Positions 30,846 to 40,366 of a DNA stretch of 64,000 bases are shown one piece after another; position 1 is the first letter of the stretch; each line of letters starts with the position of its first letter. Location of the stretch: contig CAWCKY010000004.1 in assembly GCA_963796275.1 (NCBI GenBank), forward strand, positions 960,001-1,024,000, read 5' to 3'. The notes under the pieces were generated by a model, which searched no databases, was not told the origin of the DNA, and worked only from the letters and a program-made list of their open reading frames with translations. The position numbers and the translations under genes are program-made. Source of the stretch: an uncultured Acidobacteriota bacterium. Its GTDB lineage: Bacteria; Acidobacteriota; Blastocatellia; RBC074.

Positions 30846-32207
30846 GTGGCTATTCAACGGGTACGCGCTTTTCCTGCCTGGTCTCCGGCGTTGAGCCTTC
30901 TCGAACAAGAGGCTCGCGCGCTGCTTGCCCGGCTGGAGAAGGTCAAACCGTTTGCCCTGCATCAGACGATGGTTCCCGCCGCCGCGCTGCCGCCGGCCGT
31001 GCTGAGCGCGATCGATCGCTATTTGATCGATGGTCGCCGCAAGGTCCGGCGGTTGGTGCAAAACTACGTGGATTGGTTAGTCGGAACGGCGGGACATTCC
31101 AGCCATCTCGAACCGGCGCACCGCCGCTTCAGAATGCTACGACTGCAATTCAATACTGTTCTGTCGCAATTCGACATCTTCGCCGATGTCATGACCCAAC
31201 GCAGCGAGCACGAAACGGGCGTCTGGTTGGCCGGTCTGGACGCGGCCGCGTCCGATGCCCTTTCGCTCAACGGCGACTATTACAGCCCTCCCGCATTAAT
31301 CTGTTATCTGGATCGCGGGTACGGCGCGGCGATTCGCCGGGCGCGGACGCGATTGCCGGGAGGAGGAGAGAATCCGGTGGGCATCATCCGCGTGCCGCGC
31401 GAGCGGATGATCGGCAGCGGGATCGCATCATCGCTGATTCATGAGGTAGGCCATCAGGCCGCGGCTTCGCTCAACTTGACCGAATCGATCCGCCCGATAC
31501 TGAGCGGGCTACAGCGAAACGGCGAAACGAATGGCGCAGTCTGGAGGTACTGGGACCGCTGTCTCCCGGAAATCCTCGCAGATTTCTGGTCGGTCGCCAG
31601 ATTGGGACTGACATCGACGTTGGGACTGATGGGCGTCGTGACGCTTCCCAGATATTTCGTCTTCCGGCTGAATCTCGACGATCCACATCCGGTTCCCTGG
31701 ATTCGCGTCAGGCTGAGTTGCGCCATCGGGCGCATGCTATTCCCGCATCCGCAATGGGACAGACTCGAGGGCATCTGGCTCTCCTATTATCCGCCGGAGA
31801 ACGCCGATCGCCGGAAACGCGATTTCCTGGCGCTGCTTGTAAAGACGATGCCGGGATTGGCGGCGCTTATCGCAAATCACAGTCCGCCCTCGCTCGCCGG
31901 CGCCTCGTTGAAAGAAGCGCTGCAGACAGTCGATCGGCAACCGGCTCATTTGACCGATCTGTTTCGATCCTGGCGCGCATCGCCGGCCCGGATGTACAGG
32001 GCCTCGCCGACGCTGGTCTTCGCTGTTATCGGGCAGGCGCGCGCCGAAAACTTTATCAGCCCGGAGGAGGAGAGCCGGATATTCTCCGAGATGCTCGATT
32101 ACTGGGCGCTACGCAACGCGCTCGATTACCGAGTTAATTGCGCCAATCCGACGGGGAAGTATTTAACCCCATCGCAATTTATTCCTGACCAAATTTTGAG
32201 GAGGTAA
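30846..32207 (+). CDS. Hypothetical HEXXH (gluzincin-like) protein
   Basis: SSLIHEVGHQAA with downstream EILADFWS as candidate third ligand; no signal peptide; start uncertain (GTG 30846). Confidence 0.65.
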   Translation: MAIQRVRAFPAWSPALSLLEQEARALLARLEKVKPFALHQTMVPAAALPPAVLSAIDRYLIDGRRKVRRLVQNYVDWLVGTAGHSSHLEPAHRRFRMLRLQFNTVLSQFDIFADVMTQRSEHETGVWLAGLDAAASDALSLNGDYYSPPALICYLDRGYGAAIRRARTRLPGGGENPVGIIRVPRERMIGSGIASSLIHEVGHQAAASLNLTESIRPILSGLQRNGETNGAVWRYWDRCLPEILADFWSVARLGLTSTLGLMGVVTLPRYFVFRLNLDDPHPVPWIRVRLSCAIGRMLFPHPQWDRLEGIWLSYYPPENADRRKRDFLALLVKTMPGLAALIANHSPPSLAGASLKEALQTVDRQPAHLTDLFRSWRASPARMYRASPTLVFAVIGQARAENFISPEEESRIFSEMLDYWALRNALDYRVNCANPTGKYLTPSQFIPDQILRR

Positions 32208-32208
32208 T

Positions 32209-33963
32209 ATGAATAAGAATCCGCACAAGCATGCTGAGGCGACCGGCACCAATGAGTTGGAACGAGCAAAATCCGTCGCCAACGAGCTTGAAAATTCTAA
32301 ATCCGAAAAGCTCCGAGACGCGCTGGCGGAGAGCTCCCAGGATGCGCTGGCCAATGCCAGAGCACCTCAGCCATTGGTTAACGTCAAGTTAACGCGCGCA
32401 TCGGGCGTTCCGAGCCCCGGAGATCTCGGGGACGAGAAGATATTCTGGACGGCTATCCGCAATCGCACCGAGGCCATCGGCTTCGACAATTATGCCAAAG
32501 TGATCGATGCCGTTCTGTGCGGCAGAAATAATCCATCGGGAAAGACCTGTAAAGACCCGTCTCAAGATGTCCTGTTCACCGATATCGGAAGTCCTTCGAT
32601 CCAAGAGCGGCGCGACAATCTGCTGGACGATTTCCCGAGCATCAACGGCGTCGACTCATATAACCTGCTCAAACTGACTACGCAGGCATTTCTGCTCGTT
32701 GAGACCGGGATCATCATCAGGCGCCCACACGTGGGAGCTGATAATTTCATCAGGGATGAGAGAAACAGGTACGGCGACAACTCGATCATCTACCAGAATC
32801 CGGATGATCGTAACGACCCCAACAGCCTGAGCTTTCAATTGAGACGCTTCCTGGGTTTCGACCACAAGGTCCCTTACCTCAGCCGGATTGTCGATGCGCT
32901 GGTGTCAGCCGGATCCAGGCAGGAAGGCTCGCCGTTCTGCGAGGGTTTACTGCAGAATCGATTCTCATGTCCGAGCATGATCGAACTGATCTGGTCTTTC
33001 TGGAAGGAACAGGGAATGCTGGTTCAAACTATGAACGCCATCGCCCTCCGCTTCCAGAACAAGCGAGGTCCCTCTGACCATGATCCACTGGCCAATCTGG
33101 AGATCGATCCGCTGCGCCCGCTCAGCACACTGATCTGGGGGTTTATTCAAGATGAGTATAACCGCCTGACCGTCGCGCGCCGCGCTTACGAATATGATCA
33201 CCAATATGGATTGAGGATTTACGGGAAGGCCATACCCAATTTGAGACCGGCCGACAGCCGTTCGAAGTTCCTCGAAGCATTTCATAACCTGCTCTATCGC
33301 GCCTCGCTCTTCTATCGCGAAGATGCCGACACGACCGTGATCGCCGACGGGTTCCCGCTTCTGAATGCACTGCGCGAGGTTCATCTGATGCTGGCCGAGG
33401 GAGCGGGCAATCAGTACAGCGATCTGCAGTGGACGGCGCGCGGCGAGATGCTGATGATGCAGTGGTTGTTAGCGCGGCCCGAGATGCGCGAATTTCTGCG
33501 CGGACGCGCGATGGTCCCATACAATGAGCGCTGGATGGGGCAGGTCGATACGATGAAGAGGCTGCAAGGTTGGACGGATACTTCGATCACGCATTTCCGC
33601 AACCTGGCGATCTACGGTGAGCAGATATTGCTCTCTGTGAGGTATGGTGATTGGATCGGCGTTAACGACCAGGAACAGGCAAAAACCTGGGCCAGATACT
33701 GGAGGCCCGAAATTCAGGGGTATATTCACGCCTATCTGGCGGCCACCGGAGTCGATCTGTCTGATGAAGTGGTCGACACACGGCGCGCGGCGGTCCGGTA
33801 CGTTCAACCGTCCGCGCTGTTGAGAGATCGCCTGGCCGCGCAGGGCGGGCAAGCCGGCCTGCCGCCCGCTTCGGGGGGCAGAGCGTTGGTTGCCGGCGGA
33901 GTCGATTTCTCCGCTTCGGCCGGATTCCGCCGGCGCAGGCTCAATCCGGTCAGAGAAGAATGA
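32209..33963 (+). CDS. Hypothetical protein, 584 aa, no recognised domain
   Basis: GAGGAGG RBS overlapping the upstream gene end; long ORF; no signal peptide or clear TM. Confidence 0.85.
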   Translation: MNKNPHKHAEATGTNELERAKSVANELENSKSEKLRDALAESSQDALANARAPQPLVNVKLTRASGVPSPGDLGDEKIFWTAIRNRTEAIGFDNYAKVIDAVLCGRNNPSGKTCKDPSQDVLFTDIGSPSIQERRDNLLDDFPSINGVDSYNLLKLTTQAFLLVETGIIIRRPHVGADNFIRDERNRYGDNSIIYQNPDDRNDPNSLSFQLRRFLGFDHKVPYLSRIVDALVSAGSRQEGSPFCEGLLQNRFSCPSMIELIWSFWKEQGMLVQTMNAIALRFQNKRGPSDHDPLANLEIDPLRPLSTLIWGFIQDEYNRLTVARRAYEYDHQYGLRIYGKAIPNLRPADSRSKFLEAFHNLLYRASLFYREDADTTVIADGFPLLNALREVHLMLAEGAGNQYSDLQWTARGEMLMMQWLLARPEMREFLRGRAMVPYNERWMGQVDTMKRLQGWTDTSITHFRNLAIYGEQILLSVRYGDWIGVNDQEQAKTWARYWRPEIQGYIHAYLAATGVDLSDEVVDTRRAAVRYVQPSALLRDRLAAQGGQAGLPPASGGRALVAGGVDFSASAGFRRRRLNPVREE

Positions 33964-34121
33964 ACCGAATCGTGATCATACCTTGAGCCGTGGCGCCGAT
34001 GTATCCGCCATCGCCGCGGCTCCCGGATCCATCACAACCTGTTATCTCCAGCGGCCGATTGGTGGATTATGCCAATTGTGGCGGCTGTGGCCATCAGCCA
34101 TATCAAAAGTAGGAGCCGATC

Positions 34122-36206
34122 ATGAGCAGCCGATTTAATAGTGAAATATTCGAAACCCAGCCTTTCATTTTTGAAGAAGGTGAAGATAACGAGAGAGACA
34201 GACCCATCGGGCATAGCAGAGTTGCCTCTCGCCGACCCGCTGGCCGAAGCAAGCAATCGGCCCGGCGACGGCAACCGGCGCGCTCGCGCCCAAGCCCAAG
34301 ATTTCAGATCAGATTCCCGGTCTTTTCACTGCCATACACGGCTTTGCCAGTGCCGGTTGAAACAGCGAATGAGCCTGATGCCCAAGAGCCGCCGATAGAT
34401 TCTGCCCCGGACGATGCCACCACTCCACAGCTCGAAATCGGCTCTGGCGGCGAACGGAGCAAGAGGAGCAAAAGGGGCAACGGGGGTAAGGGGGACCAAC
34501 GAAGCGAGGGGGGCCAACGAGGCGAGGGGGACCAACGAGGCGAGGGGGGCCAACGAGGCGAGGGGGGCGAGTACGTGCGCCGCGTGCAGAGCAAGCTGAA
34601 CCGGCTATTAGGATTGAAGCTGCCGCTGGATGGCGAGATGGGTGTGAAGACGCGCGCCGCGATTCGCAGCCTGCAGCGAAAATATGGGCTGCCAGTCGAT
34701 GGGATCATCCGGCCGCAGACTGAACGCATATTGGCCGCGGCTGGCCATTCCCGACGCCCGCTCCGCACAGAAGAAGAGATCGACAGTGAGGTTGATCGAG
34801 GCAGTTATGATTACGCCCGGTGGGTGCAGCGTTCCCTCAACCACCTTATGGGCATGGGGCTTGTCGAAGATGGAATCATAGGTACGCATACCCGCAGCGC
34901 AATCCGCAGTTTCCAACAACGATACGGTTTGATCGTGGACGGAATCGTCGGGCCGCAGACCGAGGGAGCGCTCATCAATGCCGGCGCCGCCCCTCCGCCG
35001 GGCGACGTGGGCACTTACCCTTCGACTCCTCCTCGAACAGGCGCGCCGGCAGGATCGCTTGCCTGGGGAGCGAAAGTCTCGAACGAGTTTCGAACCAAGG
35101 TACTGGCTATCGCCAGGACGTTAAATTGTGATCCGAACCACCTGATGGCAGCCATGGCATTCGAGACGGCCGAGTCATTCAGTCCATCCAAACGAAATCC
35201 ATATAGTGGCGCCACGGGGCTCATCCAATTCACAGTGACGACGGCGAAGAGACTCGGGACCACGACGGATGCCCTGGCCCGAATGACAGCCTTGCAACAG
35301 CTCGATTATGTCAAAAAGTACATGCAGGAATACGCCAACCGGATAAATACGATTGAAGACGTTTATATGGCGATCCTTTGGCCGAAAGCCATTGGCCAAC
35401 CGAACAGCATGATTTTGATGTCGCGTAATAGTAGCGATGCAGTTAACCGACTAGCTTACGAGCAGAACGCCCCCCTCGATGCCAGTCGAGACGGCACAAT
35501 CACGAAAGCCGAGGCAGCCGAGCCCGTTCGGCAGAGGCTGGCGAAGGGCTTGCTGCCCGGGAATGTCAGCTCGGCACCTACTTCCGGCAGTCCGAGTTCA
35601 TACATCCCGATTCCTCCCTTAACCGGCGGGCAGCCGACTCCGGCACAGCCAACGAGAAAACAGCTGAGCGGCGGCGCGTGGGTCGATCAATTTCGAGGCA
35701 GCTCAAGTCCGGACGATCTCGCCTCGCCCTTCCGTGAAAACGTCAAGAAATTCCTGGCGGCCCTGGCTGAAGCCGGAGCCAACGTCAGGATCAGTACGAC
35801 TTTCCGTCCGGTCCAGCGGCAGTATCTAATGTATTGGGCGGCCCAGATCGCCAGGAGCAAAAGTACCGGACAAAACATCCCTCAATATCCCGGCGTGAAT
35901 ATCGAGTGGTGGCACGGTAACGTCGAGGCCTCCAGACGGGCGGCCCAGGAAATGGTGGACCGTTTCGGGATTGGCCAAAATCCGGTCGCGTATCCGGAGC
36001 GCTCGCTTCACGACGAGAGTAAGGCGATCGATATGAGTCTCAGCTGGACCGGAAATTTGCGAATCAGGAAAACCGACGGCCAATATGTCACTATCACGTC
36101 TTCACCAAAAGACGGTACTAATCGCGATCTGGTCGAGGTCGGGAAAAGTTACAAGGTCTACCATCTGGCAAACGATCCCCCACACTGGTCGATAAATGGC
36201 AGCTGA
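34122..36206 (+). CDS. Multidomain cell-wall hydrolase: two peptidoglycan-binding domains, lysozyme/lytic transglycosylase-like domain, M15-like peptidase domain
   Basis: DGEMGVKTRAAIRSLQ..GLPVDGII and DGIIGTHTRSAIRSFQ..GLIVDGIVGPQT (PG_binding_1); AAMAFET...ATGLIQF; TFRPVQRQ, SLH...AID, DPPHWS. Confidence 0.75.
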   Translation: MSSRFNSEIFETQPFIFEEGEDNERDRPIGHSRVASRRPAGRSKQSARRRQPARSRPSPRFQIRFPVFSLPYTALPVPVETANEPDAQEPPIDSAPDDATTPQLEIGSGGERSKRSKRGNGGKGDQRSEGGQRGEGDQRGEGGQRGEGGEYVRRVQSKLNRLLGLKLPLDGEMGVKTRAAIRSLQRKYGLPVDGIIRPQTERILAAAGHSRRPLRTEEEIDSEVDRGSYDYARWVQRSLNHLMGMGLVEDGIIGTHTRSAIRSFQQRYGLIVDGIVGPQTEGALINAGAAPPPGDVGTYPSTPPRTGAPAGSLAWGAKVSNEFRTKVLAIARTLNCDPNHLMAAMAFETAESFSPSKRNPYSGATGLIQFTVTTAKRLGTTTDALARMTALQQLDYVKKYMQEYANRINTIEDVYMAILWPKAIGQPNSMILMSRNSSDAVNRLAYEQNAPLDASRDGTITKAEAAEPVRQRLAKGLLPGNVSSAPTSGSPSSYIPIPPLTGGQPTPAQPTRKQLSGGAWVDQFRGSSSPDDLASPFRENVKKFLAALAEAGANVRISTTFRPVQRQYLMYWAAQIARSKSTGQNIPQYPGVNIEWWHGNVEASRRAAQEMVDRFGIGQNPVAYPERSLHDESKAIDMSLSWTGNLRIRKTDGQYVTITSSPKDGTNRDLVEVGKSYKVYHLANDPPHWSINGS
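34452..34571 (+). repeat. In-frame 9/18-bp tandem repeat encoding (G[DG]QRGE)n
   Basis: ggggaccaacgaagcgag / gggggccaacgaggcgag x4 from 34491, preceded by degenerate 9-mers. Confidence 0.85.
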
Positions 36207-36250
36207 TCATCGGCGTCGCCGATTCATGCCCGATTCATGGAAGATAAGCG

Positions 36251-37036
36251 ATGATCATAGATTGTCATTGCCACGCCGGAAAAGGCGACGGGTTGACCGG
36301 CCCATGGGACACCAACGCGTCGCTCGAAAAATATCTGCCGCGAGCGCAACGAGCCGGCATCGATCGTACCGTGCTGCTCGCGGCATTCCATTCTGATTAT
36401 TCCTCGGCTAACCACGAAGTGGCGCGCATCGTCGCCTCTCAACCCGATCGCTTTTACGGATTCGCCTTCGTACACCCGGCGCGCGACCGCGGGCGGGTGG
36501 CGGTGATGGTAGGAGAGGCGGTCACGCGATATGGCTTCGTCGGGATCAAGGTTCATCGGCACGATTCGCCGATCACGCGCGAAATTTGCGATGTCGCTCG
36601 GAGATTCTCACTGCCGGTTATGTACGACGTCATGGGTGAAATATCGGCGATCGAACTGCTGGCAGCGGAGTATTCCGACGTGCCGTTCATTATCCCGCAC
36701 CTCGGCAGTTTCGCCGACGACTGGCGGGCGCAGCTGGCACTGATCGACCAGTTGGAACGGCATCCGAACGTTTATACCGACACTTCGGGCGTGCGGCGAT
36801 TCGACCTGCTCGATCAAGCCGTTCGACGCGCGGGAGCGGAAAAAATATTATTTGGATCCGACGGGCCGTGGCTGCACCCCGGAGTCGAACTGGCGAAAGT
36901 CAAAGCGCTCGGATTATCGCCTTTGAGGGAGCAGATGGTGCTGGGCGACAACTTTCTGCGGCTGATCGATCATCCCCCTTCAATATACGCTCGGCCCGCT
37001 GCACTTGATGCGCGCCGACGGTCAAGCCGAGCCTAG
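36251..37036 (+). CDS. Amidohydrolase_2-family metal-dependent TIM-barrel hydrolase
   Basis: IIDCHCH, FVGIKVH, IIPHLG, NVYTDTS, KILFGSDGP. Confidence 0.85.
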   Translation: MIIDCHCHAGKGDGLTGPWDTNASLEKYLPRAQRAGIDRTVLLAAFHSDYSSANHEVARIVASQPDRFYGFAFVHPARDRGRVAVMVGEAVTRYGFVGIKVHRHDSPITREICDVARRFSLPVMYDVMGEISAIELLAAEYSDVPFIIPHLGSFADDWRAQLALIDQLERHPNVYTDTSGVRRFDLLDQAVRRAGAEKILFGSDGPWLHPGVELAKVKALGLSPLREQMVLGDNFLRLIDHPPSIYARPAALDARRRSSRA

Positions 37037-37145
37037 TCGATCCCTAGGACAGTCTCGCGCTTAAAGCCCAGACCGATGAAATGAAGGTTGCAAGGTTCGC
37101 AATAGTCCCGGCCTCTCAAGGTCTCACTACCCAACCTTTGCACGA

Positions 37146-37382
37146 ATCAGCCCACGTAGTGGGCGATAGAATAAAGCCCAGGGTGTAGCCGAAGGCGTAA
37201 CCCTTGTGGCGTACCTTAATCGCGCGAGCCCACGAAGTGGGCGATAGACCTCAAAATTGCGTGGTTGATCCCAAACTCTGCCGCCCGTTTCACTGGCTCG
37301 AACCATCTTTATGATGTCACCCAGGGTTACGCCTTCGGCTACACCCGGGCTATATTCTGTTGCCCGCATTCGCGGGCTGATT
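37146..37382. repeat. REPIN/MITE-like inverted-repeat element (same family as 6797-7152)
   Basis: Left arm atcagcccacgtagtgggcgatagaataaagcccagggtgtagccgaaggcgtaaccc pairs with right arm gggttacgccttcggctacacccgggctatattctgttgcccgcattcgcgggctgat. Confidence 0.85.
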
Positions 37383-37462
37383 ACTACGGTTATTTTTAGT
37401 GCTGCCTCTTTTGTATCTTTGTGAGTTTTGTGGTGAATTTTCTTGATCAGCCGAACGCTGCT

Positions 37463-40120
37463 TCACTCACTGCGCAATGCCACCATCGGGTCTACTTTCG
37501 TCGCTCGCCGCGCCGGTATCCAGCATGCAACGAGCGCCACCATCATCAACACCACCGCGATCACCATAAAGGTCAACGGATCAGTCGGGCGCACGCCAAA
37601 CAACAAGGTCTCCATCCACCTCGTCAGCGCGAACGCCGACAGCAATCCGATCGCGATGCCGATCAGCGCCAGCGTCATTCCCTGGGCAATCACTATCTTC
37701 AGCACATCTCTCGCCTGCGCTCCCAATGCCATGCGGATACCAATTTCTCGTGTGCGCTGTGTAACCGCATAGGCCATCACACCGTAGATGCCAACCGACG
37801 CCAGGATCAAAGCTACAACCGCGAAGACCGTCAGGAGAACCGTGTTGAAGCGCGCGCGCCCCATCGATTCAGACAGCCAGCTCTCCATCGTGCGGACCTC
37901 TGCGACAGGCTGGTCGTGATCGAGCGATCGGATCACTCCACGCGCTGCCGCAGCCACATTCAAAGGGTCACCCGCTGTTCGTATGACGAGCGTCATGCCG
38001 GGGAATGCCAGTTCCGAATGCGGCCAATAAAAAGTAGGCTCAGCGTCCCAAGCCAGAGTCTCCTGCTTCGCGTCGCCGACGATGCCGATTATCTCCACCG
38101 GCGGGTTCCGGCTTGGAGGACGGGAGTGGATCGTTACCTGTTTGCCGATGGGGTCTTCGCTCGGGAAGTATTTGCGAGCCAATGCTTCATTGATAAGTAC
38201 GACGCCTTGCGCCTCAGTCGCCTCCTGTTCGGTGTAGATGCGCCCGCGCAGCAGTGGGATCTGAAGCGCGCGAAAATAATGGGCGTCGGTAACACAAACT
38301 TTCGTCAAAAGGTCCTGTCCGGCTGGAGGCTTCGGACGGTCTTCGATGTAAAAACGGACGCCGATAGCGGGACTGGCAAACGGGAGAGCGGAGACTGCGC
38401 CGGCGGCCTTCACTCCGGGCAGCGCCTGCAGACGCTCCACGGCCTGCTTGATCAAGTCGATGCGTTGTCGTTCCGGTGCTTGCCAATTCCGCGACACGCC
38501 CACTCCCATTGTCAGCACATTTTCCGGATTGAACCCGGGATCGACTGCCTGCAATCGCGCGAAGCTGTTTATCAGCAGGCCGGCGCCGGCGAGCAACACC
38601 AGCGCCAGCGCGACTTCCGCGATGACAAATAGGCTGCGCAGGCGCCGGTTGTGGCGACCCTCTGCGACGCTTCGGCCGTTCTCCTTAAGAGTGTATTGTA
38701 GATTCACGCGTAACGACGCAAATGCGGGCACGATGCCGATGAAGAGGCTGGTCGCTAGCGAGATGCTGAGCGTAAAGATGAGAACGCGCGCGTTGATCCG
38801 GATGCTCTGCAGGATGAGCAGGTCGGGCGGACTCAGAGAGACCAACAGGTTTGTACCCCAGACAGAGAGCAACAAACCGGCAGCGCCGCCCAGGGCGACC
38901 AGCAACAGGCTTTCAGTCAATAACTGACGTACAATCCGCAAACGGCTCGCTCCCAGCGCCGAGCGTAACGCGATCTCTTTACCTCGCGCCGCCGCCCGCG
39001 CCAGCTGCAGGTTCGCCACGTTCGCGCAAACAATCAATAAGACGAAGGCGATCGCGCCGAACAGCACCAGCAAGGTCAGGCGCAAACCACCGTACAACTG
39101 TTCGCGCAGCGGGACCACTGAAGCGCTCAGATTGGCATGGTAATTCGGATATTGCTCTGCTATCCGCGCCGCAATCGTCGCCATCTCGGCCTGTGCCCGG
39201 TCAATAGAAATGCCCGGTTTGAGGCGAGCGACAGCGTTCAGATATCGTCCCTGCCACACGCGATGGCCTCTGGTCGGAGCAAATGTCGTCCAGAGCTCGG
39301 CCGATTCCCCGCCCTTCACTCTCCATTGAAAACCTGGCGGCATGACTCCGACGATCGTGGCTTCATCGGGAAGAGCCTGAATTATCTTAAGCCGGCGACC
39401 GATGATTGCCGGATCGCCAGCGAAACGCCGTTGCCATAAGCTATGGCTGATCAATATAACTCGCGGCTGATTCGGTCTGACATCGTCTGATGTGAAACCA
39501 CGTCCCAGTGCTGCTCTTACGCCGAGCAACTTAAACAGGTTGTGTGTCACACTCTGTGATGCGACCTCCTCCGGCTCGCCATCGCCGGTCAGGACCGCCC
39601 GACCGCCAGCGAAAGCAGCCATATCGGCGATGACGTGATTCTGTTCCTGCCAATCCGCAAATGTATCGGGATCGACTCCCATCTGCGGGAAATTGCGCGC
39701 GGGCCAGCTCTCCGAAACCAGCATCAGTCGTTCAGCCTCGTGATATGGCAGCGGGCGCAACAGCACCTCATTTACCACGCTGAAGATCGCGGTATTTGCG
39801 CCGATCCCCAACGCCAGAGATAGCACCGCGATGAAAGTGAAGCCCGGCTGTTTCAACAGCATTCGCGCGCCAAAACGCAGATCCTGCCAGGCTTCTTCAA
39901 CCCGTCGGAGCCGGCTGACATCCCGATAGGCTTCCTTCTGCTGCTCCACACCCCCGAAGCTTCGCAGTGCCGCCAACCGCGCCTCTTCTTCGCTCATTCC
40001 CCGCCGAATGTTGGCGGCCGTCTCCATCTCCAGATGAAATCGCATCTCGACATCCATCTCGCGCTCGGCATTTCGCCGTCGCAAACTCGCCGTCAGACGA
40101 TGAAATAATTGGCGAAGCAT
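37463..40120 (-). CDS. ADOP-type permease with EMRFHLE-type N-terminal prefix, intact
   Basis: MLRQLFHRL...EMDVEMRFHLEME...EEARLAALRSFGG; [10 protein letters not shown]; DPMVALRSE; GGAGG RBS before ATG 40120. Confidence 0.9.
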   Translation of the reverse strand: MLRQLFHRLTASLRRRNAEREMDVEMRFHLEMETAANIRRGMSEEEARLAALRSFGGVEQQKEAYRDVSRLRRVEEAWQDLRFGARMLLKQPGFTFIAVLSLALGIGANTAIFSVVNEVLLRPLPYHEAERLMLVSESWPARNFPQMGVDPDTFADWQEQNHVIADMAAFAGGRAVLTGDGEPEEVASQSVTHNLFKLLGVRAALGRGFTSDDVRPNQPRVILISHSLWQRRFAGDPAIIGRRLKIIQALPDEATIVGVMPPGFQWRVKGGESAELWTTFAPTRGHRVWQGRYLNAVARLKPGISIDRAQAEMATIAARIAEQYPNYHANLSASVVPLREQLYGGLRLTLLVLFGAIAFVLLIVCANVANLQLARAAARGKEIALRSALGASRLRIVRQLLTESLLLVALGGAAGLLLSVWGTNLLVSLSPPDLLILQSIRINARVLIFTLSISLATSLFIGIVPAFASLRVNLQYTLKENGRSVAEGRHNRRLRSLFVIAEVALALVLLAGAGLLINSFARLQAVDPGFNPENVLTMGVGVSRNWQAPERQRIDLIKQAVERLQALPGVKAAGAVSALPFASPAIGVRFYIEDRPKPPAGQDLLTKVCVTDAHYFRALQIPLLRGRIYTEQEATEAQGVVLINEALARKYFPSEDPIGKQVTIHSRPPSRNPPVEIIGIVGDAKQETLAWDAEPTFYWPHSELAFPGMTLVIRTAGDPLNVAAAARGVIRSLDHDQPVAEVRTMESWLSESMGRARFNTVLLTVFAVVALILASVGIYGVMAYAVTQRTREIGIRMALGAQARDVLKIVIAQGMTLALIGIAIGLLSAFALTRWMETLLFGVRPTDPLTFMVIAVVLMMVALVACWIPARRATKVDPMVALRSE

Positions 40121-40366
40121 TGCATCTCCCTCCAGATGTTCTACAGGAACGATACTATTCCTCTTGTAGACAGTCAAGAGAGGTGAGGATCGGGGCAGGC
40201 GGCTGGGAATGGTCCTGGAGTTTATCTGACTATGACCATATCGTTTCGCCTCACATCCATTCAATTGTCACCCTCCCCACCAGAATTTTCGCGCAGCCAA
40301 TAAAACCGAAGGGACTGGATCGAACTGGCTTGAAACAAGCTATTTCGTGCAGTAATATGCATCATC

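Noticed and set aside
33964-34121. Small ORF between the 584-aa gene and the hydrolase (e.g. MYPPSPRLPDP...CGGCGHQPYQK)
   Set aside because: No clear RBS and several competing short frames; cannot be supported without homologs
30165-37036. Prophage lysis cassette or contractile injection system
   Set aside because: No holin, spanin, terminase, capsid, sheath, tube or baseplate genes recognised
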